A stretch of 64,000 nt of DNA from Candidatus Moraniibacteriota bacterium (GCA_038331135.1 JBBQOS010000001.1:9140-73139), one strand, 5' to 3'. Shown: positions 36,286 through 47,702, numbered from the stretch's first letter. Numbers and translations are program-made. Notes: a model not told the origin generated them from the letters alone.

Positions 36286-38067
36286 TTATTTAATTTTAAT
36301 ATTCACTTCATTAAGCTGTTTAGTTTCCACTTCACTAGGACTATTCATCATTAAATCATTCCCTCTTCCATCTTTAGGAAAAGCATAAATATCTCGAATC
36401 GAATCCAAATCTAAAAGAGCCATCAATATCCTATCAATACCAGGAGCATTACCACCATGCGGAGGCGCACCATATTGAAAAGCTTCTAATAACGCACCAA
36501 AGCGAGCGGCAACCTGTTCTTTGGTATAGCCCGCAATCTCAAAAGCCTTATACATTATTTCCGGGTTATGATTCCTAATGGCTCCACTGGAGGCTTCAAA
36601 ACCATTCAGCACTAAATCATATTGATACGCTAAAATTTCTAAAGGATTTTTTTCTTCCAAGTCCTGCATTCCCCCTTGTGGCATCGAGAAGGGATTGTGT
36701 TCAAAATCAATTTTTCCCGGTTCAATTTCTGAATAGGAGTACATCGGAAAATCCACAATCCAACACCAAGCGGCTTTTGTATTATCTTTAAGTCCCATTT
36801 TCTGTGCACAAGCATTGCGAACCACGCCCAATGCACCACACACCGTTTTCCAGCTATCTGCTCCGAAAAAAATAATATCGCCAGCTATCGCGCCCACCTC
36901 AGTAATAATTTTTTTTGCCAAATCCTGACCTAAAAATTTAACAATTGGAGATTGCAACTCTCCATCTTCTTTGATAATTATATAGGCCAAACCTTTGGCT
37001 TCTTTGCTTATAGCCAGCTGAGTTAACTCGTCAATTTCTTTTCTGGTAAATTTAGCGCCCCCAGGTACTTTCATAGCATGCACCACGCCCTCATTTTTTA
37101 CTACTCCAGAAAAAACAGAAAAACCGCAATCTCTTACCATTTCAGTAATCGGTTTAATTTCTAAATCAAATCGTAAATCTGGCTTATCACTCCCATATCG
37201 AGTCAATGCCTCTCGCCAAGGGATTTGTCCAAATCTACCATCTTTATTTAAATTAATTATTTTCTTATTCGAAAATTTTTCAGTGAGTTCAATCATCAAC
37301 GGTTCTATAATCGCAAAAATATCTTCTTGTGTTACAAAACTCATTTCCATATCCAGTTGATAAAATTCCCCATAGTGTCTGTCCATACGAGGATCTTCAT
37401 CTCTGAAACAAGGAGCTACTTGAAAATATTTATCTACTCCCCCTACCATCAATAATTGCTTGAACTGTTGAGGTGCTTGAGGAAGAGCATAAAATTTCCC
37501 AGGATGAAGCCTAGATGGAATAAGAAAATCTCTCGCTCCTTCTGGCGAAGAATTAGCTAAAATTGGAGTTTGAATTTCGGTAAATCCGAGCTTATGAAAA
37601 TAATCTCGGATGTATTGAATATATTTATCTTTCAATACTAATATTTTTTGCAGTTCCGGCCTTCTCAAATCAATAAATCGATATTGCAATCGCAAATTTT
37701 CATTGGCTTCTCCGGGCTTTTCTTCGTCAATTTCGAAAGGGGGGGTCTTGGATTTATTTAAAATTTCCAACTCAATTACTCCAACCTCAATTTCTCCTGT
37801 AGTTAATTTGGAATTAAGCATATCCGCTGGTCGTCCCAAAACATTGCCCTTAGCCAAAACCACCCATTCGCTTCTCAATTTATCCGCTTCTTGCCAAGCC
37901 ACCTCGTTAATTGCCGGGTCAAACTTTATTTGGGTTAAGCCATAACGATCCCGTAAATCAATAAAAATTAGTCCGCCATGATCTCTACGACGATGTACCC
38001 AACCAGCCAAAGCTACTACTTGCCCAACATTGGATTTATTTAATTCCCCACAAGTATGTGTTCTCAT
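36286..38067 (-). CDS. aspS: aspartyl-tRNA synthetase (bacterial type)
   Basis: 593 aa. It has an OB-fold N-terminus, class II motifs (FRDEDPRMDRHYGEFYQLDME, GGNAPGIDRILM) and the bacterial insertion domain. Confidence 0.9.
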   Translation of the reverse strand: MRTHTCGELNKSNVGQVVALAGWVHRRRDHGGLIFIDLRDRYGLTQIKFDPAINEVAWQEADKLRSEWVVLAKGNVLGRPADMLNSKLTTGEIEVGVIELEILNKSKTPPFEIDEEKPGEANENLRLQYRFIDLRRPELQKILVLKDKYIQYIRDYFHKLGFTEIQTPILANSSPEGARDFLIPSRLHPGKFYALPQAPQQFKQLLMVGGVDKYFQVAPCFRDEDPRMDRHYGEFYQLDMEMSFVTQEDIFAIIEPLMIELTEKFSNKKIINLNKDGRFGQIPWREALTRYGSDKPDLRFDLEIKPITEMVRDCGFSVFSGVVKNEGVVHAMKVPGGAKFTRKEIDELTQLAISKEAKGLAYIIIKEDGELQSPIVKFLGQDLAKKIITEVGAIAGDIIFFGADSWKTVCGALGVVRNACAQKMGLKDNTKAAWCWIVDFPMYSYSEIEPGKIDFEHNPFSMPQGGMQDLEEKNPLEILAYQYDLVLNGFEASSGAIRNHNPEIMYKAFEIAGYTKEQVAARFGALLEAFQYGAPPHGGNAPGIDRILMALLDLDSIRDIYAFPKDGRGNDLMMNSPSEVETKQLNEVNIKIK

Positions 38068-38169
38068 ATTGATAATTCCATTGTCCTAAAAACAATTCAT
38101 TTATATAGATTATATTCTAAGATACATTATGCCTCGAATTTCTATTTTTATCAAGAGCCGTAATAAAAA

Positions 38170-38832
38170 TCAAACTTTGTTAAAATATTCAATTATCTCC
38201 TCAAAATTATCAACTATCATGTCTGATTGCTTCAAAACCTTTTTGCGAGTTATATTTTCGGTATAAGCGATAAACTTATCTACTACACCAAATTCTCTGG
38301 TCTGATAATCTGTCCAACCATCTCCCACCATAATTAATTCTCCAGCTAGGTTGAGAGCTTTTATTTGATTAACTTTACCATTAGTTTGAGCCATTAAATT
38401 TTCCTTATTCACTCCAGCTAAAATTCCATTTTCATCAAAGACAAACTCATTGGCTAAAATATTCATTAGATGAATTCCCAATATCTCAGCAGTGGGGAAA
38501 ATTAAATCTTTGAATCCTCCAGAAATTATAAAAATATTATCTTTATTATCTTTAAAGAAACTTAAATTATTTAAAACTGAATCAGACAGTTCATCTTTGA
38601 TAATTTGAGCTAAGTCATCAACAACATCTTTATTTGTTTTTATCAGATTAATTCTTCTTTCCAGTGACTCGGGAAAAGTAATTTCTCCATTCATTCCCAT
38701 TTCCGTAATTCTTTTTATCTCCCAGACAATTTCATCCCTGTTTTCATTTTCTGCCAAGGCTAACTCAGCCAACTTATCCAAAGTCTCAATTTTTACCAAC
38801 GTACTATCAAAATCAATTATCAACTTTTTCAT
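38170..38832 (-). CDS. HAD-superfamily phosphatase (SerB-like subfamily IB)
   Basis: It has DFDSTL (motif I), ISGGF and VGDGWTD. I place the start at ATG 38832 (MKKLIIDFDSTL). The track's 63-aa N-terminal extension is judged noncoding. Confidence 0.7.
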   Translation of the reverse strand: MKKLIIDFDSTLVKIETLDKLAELALAENENRDEIVWEIKRITEMGMNGEITFPESLERRINLIKTNKDVVDDLAQIIKDELSDSVLNNLSFFKDNKDNIFIISGGFKDLIFPTAEILGIHLMNILANEFVFDENGILAGVNKENLMAQTNGKVNQIKALNLAGELIMVGDGWTDYQTREFGVVDKFIAYTENITRKKVLKQSDMIVDNFEEIIEYFNKV

Positions 38833-39226
38833 AATTAATAAATACGCTTCTTCTCCTTTGGGAGAAAGTGCCCAAATGGGCGGATGAGGGTTATTTAGAA
38901 TTACACCTTCCTTTTCTCCGACTTGAGAACAGAGGGGTAAAATTATTTTTTGAACATTTCTCAAATATATGCTATATTTATAGCATATATTAGCGATATT
39001 TATATTATATCCAAAGCTCACATTTGATACAACACTTAATCAACTATACGAAACAAGTTTCGTATATAAAACAGTTATATAAAATCCACTCGCTCCGCTT
39101 CATTTACTTCTCTCCCTAAGATTTTGTATAACGTGCGCGGATACCTCCGCTGTCATACTCCATTCCGATCCGCGGAACTCCGTATAACAACGAACATCCA
39201 ATTAGGGAGTTAATGGTTCTCAAATG

Positions 39227-41086
39227 TTATCCAACAAACTCCAAAATTGATTTTTCAATTCCTTCTTCTGAAAGACCAGCTTCAGCTAGAACTTCATCTC
39301 GGCTACCATGCTCGAGAAATTTATCTGGCAAGCCTAAGTTTTTAACAAAAACTTCTATTTTATTATTCAAGAAAAATTCACCCACTGCGCTTCCTGCTCC
39401 ACCCGTAAAGGTGTTATCCTCAACTGTTATAAAACATTTATGAGTCTGGGAAAGATTTAATAATAATTCTTCATCCAAAGGTTTCACAAATCGCATATCC
39501 ACCAAAGTTGCATCCAATTCTTGGGCAATATTTTTACATCTTTGAAGCATTGTTCCAAAAACTAAGATGGCCGTTTTCTTACCCATTCTTATAACATTAC
39601 CTTTTCCTATAATTATTTCATTATCTATTTTTTTAAAATATTCTTCTGACACTCCACCGCGAGGATAACGCACCATGACTGGACCCTTATGGGCATAACC
39701 CGCTTCCAACATCGCATAACATTCACTTTCATCTGATGGGGACATAATAACTACATCAGGGATTAACCGACTAAAAGATAAATCAAAACTCCCATTATGC
39801 GTAGCACCATCAGCTCCCACAATTCCCGCCCTATCCACTGCAAATAACACATCCAGCTTTTGCAAAGCCACGTCATGAATCAATTGATCATAAGCGCGTT
39901 GTAAAAAAGAAGAATAGATTGCCACTACTGGTTTTTTGCCCGCCACAGCCAAACCAGCCGCAAATGTTACAGCATGTTGTTCAGCAATTCCTACATCATG
40001 ATAGCGACTGTTAAATTTCTTGCAAAAAATATTTAAACCCGAACCATCACACATAGCTGGGGTAACAGCGTGTAAATTTTTATCTTTTTTTGCCCTATCG
40101 CATATCCAGTCGGAAAAAACTTTAGAAAAAGTCAACTTGCTTTTATTATCAGTAATTTTTTCGCCTGTCTTTATATTAAATGGCTTTACTGAATGCAAAG
40201 AAAAACAATCTTTTTCGGCTGGAGCATATCCCTTACCTTTAGTAGTTATGATATGCAAAAATCTAGGACCTTTTATTTTTTTTAAATTTTCCAAAACTTC
40301 CACCAAGGTTTTTACATCGTGTCCGTCAATCGGTCCATAATAACCAAAACCTAATTCTTCAAAAAGTGTTCCAGGCGTAATCATACCCTTTGTGTAAACC
40401 TCGGCTTTACGCACGAATTCTTGCAGTGGAGGAACTGCTCCCAAAAAATCCCGACCCTTCTCTTTTAACTTGTTATATGAAGGAGAAGAAATTAATCGAG
40501 TTAAATATTTACCCATTCCTCCCACATTGGGGGAAATAGACATTTTATTATCATTGAGAATTACCAAGATATCGACCATCGCATCCCCAGCATGGTTAAG
40601 CGCCTCCATCGCCATCCCCCCAGTTAAAGCCCCATCTCCAATTATAGCTACTACGTGAGGATGATTCTTCTTACTTTTATTAGCCATTGCCAAACCAGTG
40701 GCCACACTAATTGAGGTGCTGGAATGACCTACCCCAAAAACATCGTATATACTTTCTTCTTTTTTTGGAAAAGGTGCCAACCCTCCTTTTTTTCTAATAG
40801 TATACAATTTATCTTTTCTACCAGTAAGAATTTTATGCGGATAAGATTGGTGTCCCACATCCCAAATTAAAGCGTCTTTGGGAGTATCAAAGACCTTGTG
40901 CAAGGCCACTGTGAGTTCCACTACGCCCAAATTTGAGCCAAAATGTCCGCCAGTCTTTGCTACGCTCTCTATCAAAAAATTTCGCACATCATTACACAAA
41001 TCTATCAATTTTTTATCAGAAAAATTTTTAAAATCCTGAGGGGTATTTATTTTATCCAACATTTTTTTAGGTTTAGTCTTTTTCAT
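39227..41086 (-). CDS. dxs: 1-deoxy-D-xylulose-5-phosphate synthase
   Basis: It has GGHFGSNLGVVELTVALH, GHSSTSISVATG and IGDGALTGGMAMEALNHAG. Confidence 0.9.
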   Translation of the reverse strand: MKKTKPKKMLDKINTPQDFKNFSDKKLIDLCNDVRNFLIESVAKTGGHFGSNLGVVELTVALHKVFDTPKDALIWDVGHQSYPHKILTGRKDKLYTIRKKGGLAPFPKKEESIYDVFGVGHSSTSISVATGLAMANKSKKNHPHVVAIIGDGALTGGMAMEALNHAGDAMVDILVILNDNKMSISPNVGGMGKYLTRLISSPSYNKLKEKGRDFLGAVPPLQEFVRKAEVYTKGMITPGTLFEELGFGYYGPIDGHDVKTLVEVLENLKKIKGPRFLHIITTKGKGYAPAEKDCFSLHSVKPFNIKTGEKITDNKSKLTFSKVFSDWICDRAKKDKNLHAVTPAMCDGSGLNIFCKKFNSRYHDVGIAEQHAVTFAAGLAVAGKKPVVAIYSSFLQRAYDQLIHDVALQKLDVLFAVDRAGIVGADGATHNGSFDLSFSRLIPDVVIMSPSDESECYAMLEAGYAHKGPVMVRYPRGGVSEEYFKKIDNEIIIGKGNVIRMGKKTAILVFGTMLQRCKNIAQELDATLVDMRFVKPLDEELLLNLSQTHKCFITVEDNTFTGGAGSAVGEFFLNNKIEVFVKNLGLPDKFLEHGSRDEVLAEAGLSEEGIEKSILEFVG

Positions 41087-41090
41087 AAAG

Positions 41091-42563
41091 TTACTTTATA
41101 AAATATAAAATTCCCCCTGTTGTAATGGCGCTTATTATAAATATTATCGCGCCCCAGCCGAAAAAATTTACCCATATTGGATTAGTTTCTCGGCCCATTA
41201 TTTTTTTATCATTACCCACCACCATTATAGCAATTAAAAGTGGCAACGATATTATTCCATTCAAAAAAGCTGCATAATAAAGTGCCATTATTGGATTGAT
41301 ATTGAGAAGATTCAGACTTAACCCTACTAAAATTGAAAATATTATAACCAAATAAAAACCCTTGGCGTGAGAAAATTTATTATCCAATCCTTCGCGCCAC
41401 TTCATCACCTCTGCGAGAGCATAAGCTCCACTTCCAGCCAGTATCGGTACTGCCAAAAGTCCAGTTCCAATTATTCCAAAAGCAAACAATAAATAAGCGT
41501 AGTCACCAGCTAGGGGTCGCAGAGCTTCGGCTGCCTGTTGAGCTGATTCTATATCATGCATGCCATTCTTAAACAAAACTTGAGCCGTAGTCAATACTAT
41601 AAAAAAGAAAACTAAATTCGCCAAAATCATCCCAGTCCCCACGTCAGTTCTCATTTTATTAATCCTAACATGATTGTTAATTTTAAATTTTTCATGCATT
41701 AATTTTTGCACTTTTTTCTTAAATTTATTTTCCTCAACTTCGCCAGAAGCTTGCCAAAAAAATAAATAAGGAGTAATGCTAGTGCCAAAAATAGCTATGA
41801 CAGCAAAAACATATTCCTTGCTAAAGACAATATGTGGAATGAAAGAAAAACTCAAAATTTCTCGCCACTGGGGATTAATTATTATACCCGTTACAATATA
41901 AGCTAAAACTGAAAAAGCTAGCCATTTTAAAATTCTTACATAGACATAATAACCGACAAAAACCTCCAGCATAATAATTAAAATTGCAAAAAAAATAGCT
42001 GCCACATAAAAATTTATATTGGTTAACATTTGTAACGATGCAGCCATAGCGCCTAAGTCAGCTCCAATATTGACTACGTTGGCAATAATTAACAATATTA
42101 CTATCACTGTGACTATTTTTTTTCGATAATGTTTTTGCAACACTCCAGCTAAACCTCTATTAGTCACGATGCCGATTCTGGCACAAACTTCTTGAATAGC
42201 CATCATCATTGGAAGCAACCAAGCAGCCATCCAAATAATTCCCAATCCAAACTTAGCCCCCACGGATGAATAAGTTCCGATTCCGCTCGGATCATCATCG
42301 GACGCTCCCGTAATAAAACCAGGCCCCATGGCACGGAAAAAATAATAACTCTTAATCCAAGGTTTTTCAATTATTTTAACAAACCTCATCACTTCTGATT
42401 CCGATACTCGCACTATTCCATTCTCATCGTTGATTGCTTTAACTTCTTTCCAGGAAATTAATTTTTTAGCCAAAATCAATGGGATGCCAGCTTTATGACG
42501 AAACTCTGAAAGGGTGAAAAAATTTTCGGTGTTTAAATTATTTTTATTTGCTACTTTAGCCAT
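41091..42563 (-). CDS. NRAMP-family divalent metal transporter with N-terminal excisionase-like HTH extension
   Basis: It has GPGFITGASDDDPSGIGTYS and about 11 TM segments. The first ~65 aa resemble an HTH_17-type domain (FTLSEFRHKAGIPLILAKKLI...IVRVSESEVMRFV). Confidence 0.7.
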   Translation of the reverse strand: MAKVANKNNLNTENFFTLSEFRHKAGIPLILAKKLISWKEVKAINDENGIVRVSESEVMRFVKIIEKPWIKSYYFFRAMGPGFITGASDDDPSGIGTYSSVGAKFGLGIIWMAAWLLPMMMAIQEVCARIGIVTNRGLAGVLQKHYRKKIVTVIVILLIIANVVNIGADLGAMAASLQMLTNINFYVAAIFFAILIIMLEVFVGYYVYVRILKWLAFSVLAYIVTGIIINPQWREILSFSFIPHIVFSKEYVFAVIAIFGTSITPYLFFWQASGEVEENKFKKKVQKLMHEKFKINNHVRINKMRTDVGTGMILANLVFFFIVLTTAQVLFKNGMHDIESAQQAAEALRPLAGDYAYLLFAFGIIGTGLLAVPILAGSGAYALAEVMKWREGLDNKFSHAKGFYLVIIFSILVGLSLNLLNINPIMALYYAAFLNGIISLPLLIAIMVVGNDKKIMGRETNPIWVNFFGWGAIIFIISAITTGGILYFIK

Positions 42564-42686
42564 GTTTTTATTTTAAGTTTATTATTTTTAAAATTTCATC
42601 AAAATCTAAAAAAATTAACATATCTTTTAGTACTGCTATTATGAGGGACAAAGTCCCCAAATAAGGGTTCAGATCCTATCAAATTA

Positions 42687-43622
42687 TTAAAATCTAAATT
42701 CTTGCACTTTATTTTTAAATTTTTCAAAAACTTCCGGACCTTGAGGATTGGGCAGAAAAATCAAAGCATTTTCATCTACATCAATTAAACTATTTTCGTT
42801 ATTAGTTTTTGGATTTTCTTTAATTTTTTTAGTTTCTAATTTCTCCAAGTATCTTTCCAAAAAATCGTAATCAAATAAATTTTCTGCCAAAGCTCTTGTA
42901 AATTTAGTAATTACCGTATCTCCAGAACTACATAAATTATCCATAAGTGATAAATAATAGTTAGGCTTATATTTTCTAATCCAGTGATTTTTTAATTGAA
43001 ATCTTTTGAAATAATTTTTGGCATCAAAAAGAGGAAAACAAAAAAAATACTCATTAGCTGAATAAAGATCCTTATTCCTAATCTCCAAAGAGTTGGTAGT
43101 AATAAAATAATTAAAACATACTCTGTTTATTATTTTATCATGATGTCTCCTTTTTCCAAAAAAATGAGCTAGCAAAGTTATCAGAGTTCTTCCTATCCAA
43201 ATTCTTCTTTCCTTCAAGACCACCATCACATCCCAGTCGCTCTTGGGATGAGCGTTTCTCATTGCTAGCTTCCCTGTAACTAAAATCATTCTAACAAAAG
43301 GAGCGCTTCGCAATAATCCCACAATTCTTTTCATTTTTTTTATTTTCAGAAGAGAAATCTTGCTTCTATTTATTCGATCTCGCACCAAATTATTTTTTCC
43401 CCTCAAAAAATACATACCGTCCTCGCTATCAATAAATCTTTTCAAATCAGGATCTTCTAAACTCAAAAGAATATTTTTTAATGTAATTTTAATATTGCCT
43501 TCCGTATTAATTTCTTCATTTGCTAAAAGATGTTTCCAAACTTCAAAAAGGGTCAATGGATAATTCAAAACATCATAATAGCAAAAAGTGTTGAGGATAT
43601 TTTTTTTGAAATCGTCACCCAT
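42687..43622 (-). CDS. hypothetical protein (possible minimal nucleotidyltransferase fold)
   Basis: The only hint is KSDWDVMVVL. No confident family was recognised. Confidence 0.3.
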   Translation of the reverse strand: MGDDFKKNILNTFCYYDVLNYPLTLFEVWKHLLANEEINTEGNIKITLKNILLSLEDPDLKRFIDSEDGMYFLRGKNNLVRDRINRSKISLLKIKKMKRIVGLLRSAPFVRMILVTGKLAMRNAHPKSDWDVMVVLKERRIWIGRTLITLLAHFFGKRRHHDKIINRVCFNYFITTNSLEIRNKDLYSANEYFFCFPLFDAKNYFKRFQLKNHWIRKYKPNYYLSLMDNLCSSGDTVITKFTRALAENLFDYDFLERYLEKLETKKIKENPKTNNENSLIDVDENALIFLPNPQGPEVFEKFKNKVQEFRF

Positions 43623-43683
43623 ACAATTATTTTTATGCTAAAAACAAAAACTGTTTACAAATATAATGCCCCCATTTTAGTTA

Positions 43684-46482
43684 TTATAAAAACTTTCCAG
43701 TAGGACTATCCTTTTTACTCTTTAATTTATCCGGCAAACCCTCAAAAACTATCTTGCCACCATCATTACCACCATCAGGACCCAGCTCAATTACCCAATC
43801 TGCACCTTTTATCACGTCTGTATTATGTTCCACTATTAAAACTGAGTTTCCCTTTTCTACAAGAGCATCACAAACATTTAATAATTTTCGAATATCATCA
43901 AAATGTAAACCAACAGTTGGTTCATCTAAAATATACAACGTTCTTCCGCTTGATTTTCGAGCCAACTCGGTAGCTAATTTTATTCGCTGCGCCTCACCAC
44001 CAGAAAGTTCTATCGCGCTTTGCCCCAATTTTAAATATCCCAATCCCACTTCTTCCATAATCCTTAATTTTTCATAAATCAAATTATGTTTTTTAAAAAA
44101 TCTAGAAGCATAGCTAACGCTCATCTCAAGAATTTCTGAAATGTTAGCCCCTTGATATTCTATTTCCAATGTTTTTTTATTATAGCGAGTGCCTTCGCAA
44201 GACTCACATTCCACATACATATCTGGTAAAAGATGCATTTCTATTTTTTTCTTACCATCCCCTTGACAGACATCACATCGTCCGCCTTTCATGTTGAAAC
44301 TAAAACGACTAGCACTATAATGTCTAATTTGTGACTCTTCCTCCTGAGCAAACAATTCTCGAATATGAGAAAAAACTCCGGTATAAGTAGCCGCATTTGA
44401 TCTAGGAGTTTTACCTATCGGAGATTGCGTAACGTTGACGACTTTATTAATGTTCTTTAAACCCTTAATTGATTTGTGCGCTCCGGGCTGAGCCTTGGAA
44501 TTATAAAAATATCTATTTAGCACACGAGCTAAAATATCATTTACTAAAGTAGATTTTCCGCTACCAGAAACTCCACAAATAACCACCATTCTTTCTAGGG
44601 GAATGCTTACTGAAATGTTTTTCAAATTATGTTCTGTAGCACCAACAATTTCTATAAATTTATCTGATTTTTTACGTTTATTACTCTTTTCAAAAACTTT
44701 TTTCCTCTCTGTCAAATATTGAGCAGTTCCAGTTTTGCTTTTCAACATCTTATTTATCTCTCCGCTAAAAATAACCTCTCCTCCTTCTTCCCCTGCCCCT
44801 TTGCCCATATCTATTATCCAATCAGCCTCCTTGATAAAATCCCGATCATGCTCAACTACTATTAAAGAGTTATCTCTATCTCTCAACGATTTTATGGTAT
44901 CAATTAGCCTTTTATTGTCTCGGCTATGCAAACCGATTGATGGTTCATCTAAGACATAAATTATTCCTGTTAATTTTGATTTTATTTGAGTAGCCAATCT
45001 TATTCTTTGAGATTCTCCTCCGGAAATAGTTTGAGTTCCACGGCCCAAACTGAGATAACCCAAGCCGACATTTTCCAATATCTCCAACCTGCTAAAAATT
45101 TCACCCACCAGCGTAGATATTATTTTATTATTTGCTTTTTCACTTTTGAATTTTTTTAAGTATTCTATCAATGATTCTATGTCCATATTAATCCAATCAT
45201 TAATAGATTTTCCGTCAATAAAAATATTCACAAATTCATTTCTTAAACGCTTGCCATCACAAACAGGACAAGTTTCACTAGTCATATATCTCTCAATCTC
45301 AGTTCTGGCATGATCTGATTTGGTATTTCTGTATTTATCCTCCATCATTCCAATTACGCCGTCAAATTCAAAATTATGATCTCCATAAAGAATTATATCC
45401 AAATACTTTTTTGATAATTTATTCACCGAAACATTCAAAGAAAATCCTATTTTTTTAGATAAACTTTCCAATAATTGCATACCCTGCCCACTGTTGCCAT
45501 TTCTACCTCTTACGCTCCCCCAAGGCTTTATTGCCCCTTCCGCCAAAGATAACTTCTTGTTAGAAATAACTAAATCTGGAGAAATTTTCATCTTTACTCC
45601 AAGACCGGAGCACTCCAAACAAGCTCCTTCTGGATTGTTGAAAGAAAAGTGTCTGGGAGTTATTTCTTTTATTTTAACTCCACAATCGCCACAAACGAAA
45701 TCTCTGTTATACAAAGATACATCTTTATTATCCAAGGCAATCTTCATTGAACCAGAACCTATTTTCATGGCTGTTTCGATTGAATCCATTATTCGCTCCT
45801 CGTCTAAATTTTTTAAAGTTAAAACTATCCTATCTATAACAATATCTACTGTTGATGTAGCTTCCCGCTCTTTAATTAAGGAGAAAGCCTCTTCAATAGT
45901 TAATATTTTTTCATCAATTCTTACTCGAGCATAACCTAACTGACTTATATGATTTAAATTTTCTATAATATTTTTTTCTTTTTTATTATAAGGAGAAAGA
46001 ATAAATAGCATAGATTTGTCTGGCATTTTCTTTATTTCAGTCAAGATATCTTTATTGCTTTTCTTTTCCATTAAAACCCCACAAATAGGGCAGTGTGGTT
46101 CTCCTATATTAGCGAATAAAATTCTTAAATAATCATATATCTCCGTTAGCGTCCCGACTGTAGAACGCGGGCTTCTAACGACGCTTTTTTGATCAATGGA
46201 TATAGGTGGACTAAGATTTTCTATGCTATCTACATCAGGCTTAGAAGAAACATCTAAAAAACTCCTAGCATAAGAACTCATTCCTTCCACATAACGCCTA
46301 TTTCCTTCTACAAAAATTGTATCAAAAGCCAATGAAGATTTTCCGCTGCCAGAAAGTCCTGTAATTACTACAAATTTATTTTTAGGGATATCAATATCAA
46401 TATTCTTTAAATTATTCACTCTCGCACCTCTAACTAAAATAAAATCTTTTTTATTTTTATCTTTCGCTTTATTGTTTTTCAT
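43684..46482 (-). CDS. uvrA: excinuclease ABC subunit A
   Basis: 932 aa. It has two ABC modules ([23 protein letters not shown]), zinc-finger Cys clusters and LSGGE signatures. Confidence 0.95.
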   Translation of the reverse strand: MKNNKAKDKNKKDFILVRGARVNNLKNIDIDIPKNKFVVITGLSGSGKSSLAFDTIFVEGNRRYVEGMSSYARSFLDVSSKPDVDSIENLSPPISIDQKSVVRSPRSTVGTLTEIYDYLRILFANIGEPHCPICGVLMEKKSNKDILTEIKKMPDKSMLFILSPYNKKEKNIIENLNHISQLGYARVRIDEKILTIEEAFSLIKEREATSTVDIVIDRIVLTLKNLDEERIMDSIETAMKIGSGSMKIALDNKDVSLYNRDFVCGDCGVKIKEITPRHFSFNNPEGACLECSGLGVKMKISPDLVISNKKLSLAEGAIKPWGSVRGRNGNSGQGMQLLESLSKKIGFSLNVSVNKLSKKYLDIILYGDHNFEFDGVIGMMEDKYRNTKSDHARTEIERYMTSETCPVCDGKRLRNEFVNIFIDGKSINDWINMDIESLIEYLKKFKSEKANNKIISTLVGEIFSRLEILENVGLGYLSLGRGTQTISGGESQRIRLATQIKSKLTGIIYVLDEPSIGLHSRDNKRLIDTIKSLRDRDNSLIVVEHDRDFIKEADWIIDMGKGAGEEGGEVIFSGEINKMLKSKTGTAQYLTERKKVFEKSNKRKKSDKFIEIVGATEHNLKNISVSIPLERMVVICGVSGSGKSTLVNDILARVLNRYFYNSKAQPGAHKSIKGLKNINKVVNVTQSPIGKTPRSNAATYTGVFSHIRELFAQEEESQIRHYSASRFSFNMKGGRCDVCQGDGKKKIEMHLLPDMYVECESCEGTRYNKKTLEIEYQGANISEILEMSVSYASRFFKKHNLIYEKLRIMEEVGLGYLKLGQSAIELSGGEAQRIKLATELARKSSGRTLYILDEPTVGLHFDDIRKLLNVCDALVEKGNSVLIVEHNTDVIKGADWVIELGPDGGNDGGKIVFEGLPDKLKSKKDSPTGKFL

Positions 46483-46590
46483 TATGTTTAATTTAAATTA
46501 CCGCTCGGGGCCATTTAAAAATTTAGGTGTTATCTAATTAAAAATTTTATCACAAAAATTGAGGGATGTAAACAGGCGGTCTTTCTTACT

Positions 46591-46702
46591 AATTACGAAT
46601 CAATACAAATTTACAAATTAAAAATTTTGATATCTCCATTCTTAAGTTCCCAGATTCTTGAATATAGTTCTCATGTTCGTATATTTGTATTGATTCGTAA
46701 TT
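46591..46702. repeat. perfect 20-bp inverted repeat separated by 72 bp, upstream of uvrA
   Basis: AATTACGAATCAATACAAAT (46591-46610) is the exact reverse complement of ATTTGTATTGATTCGTAATT (46683-46702). Confidence 0.85.
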
Positions 46703-46936
46703 CGTAAAAAAGTAATTAGTACAGATCCGAATATTACGCCTTAAATAAGGGTTTTTGTCTAGTTGACTATGATTCACTATTAAACTAAACTAAAGAAACA
46801 ATAGGACAAACAGGCTCAAGTGCCAAAAGTCAATTGTTAGTTTTGTTTCTATTTTTAAACAAAACTAAAAGCTTCAATGCAAGCTGCACCTTAAAAATTA
46901 AACGTTGTCAGAAAATGGCAACCACTAGAAAGGTAG

Positions 46937-47620
46937 GTGAAAAAAATAATGAATAATGATTTTAATCATGATGATATGAATGAAACTGAAGAGCCCACTG
47001 CTTTACAAAAATTTAAAGAATGGCTACAGGAAAATCTTCGAATTATAGTTAGTGTTTTGATAGTTTTTTTAATTGCCTCATCAATTTACTCCTATTCCAA
47101 AAGAGGTGCTGAAAATACTCAAATAGCCAAAGATAGCAATGAACTAGAAGATATTTTAACTAATCTATCCTCTGAAGATGCCACTGATGAAACAGAAACT
47201 CCAGCTGAACCTGAAGATGGAAAAGATGAAGTTGCAACCACAACTCCTGAAGCTCCTACAAAAGTAGAAGCACCTCAAGCAGAGCCTCAAAAAGAAGCTC
47301 CTCAACAAGCAACTGAAGCCAGAGAGACAGAGAATTCTTTTGTCGAAACAGCTCAGCGTGGTGACGGTACAACACATCTAGCCAGAAGAGCTTTGGCTCA
47401 TTACTTAGAAAAGAATGCTGACTCAAGCCTAACGGCTGAACACAAAATTTATATCGAAGATTACCTTCGCAAAAATGTTTCCGCAACAGGACACATTACG
47501 GTTAGTACCTCAGTTGAATTTTCCAAAAGTTTGATCAAACAAGCAATTGACGCTTCAAAAAATTTAAATGATGCTCAATTGAAAAACTTACAAAAATACT
47601 CAGCTAATGTTAATTTCTAG
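46937..47620 (+). CDS. hypothetical membrane-anchored protein with low-complexity Pro/Glu/Ala linker
   Basis: It has a single TM segment (IIVSVLIVFLIASSIY). The start could instead be the ATG at 46949. Confidence 0.45.
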   Translation: MKKIMNNDFNHDDMNETEEPTALQKFKEWLQENLRIIVSVLIVFLIASSIYSYSKRGAENTQIAKDSNELEDILTNLSSEDATDETETPAEPEDGKDEVATTTPEAPTKVEAPQAEPQKEAPQQATEARETENSFVETAQRGDGTTHLARRALAHYLEKNADSSLTAEHKIYIEDYLRKNVSATGHITVSTSVEFSKSLIKQAIDASKNLNDAQLKNLQKYSANVNF

Positions 47621-47675
47621 AAATTTTCAGAAGAACTAAAAAATAACTATAGAACATAAAGACCTTTATATAATT

Positions 47676-47702
47676 AAAACCCCGGCAACGACTGGGGTTT
47701 TA
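47676..47702 (+). terminator. rho-independent terminator
   Basis: AAACCCCGG-CAACGA-CTGGGGTTT is followed by T residues. Confidence 0.6.

Noticed and set aside
38833-39021. The 63-aa N-terminal extension of the HAD phosphatase ORF
   Set aside because: The HAD motif I (DFDSTL) follows immediately after the internal Met at 38832. The extension is not HAD-like and overlaps palindromic and hairpin elements.
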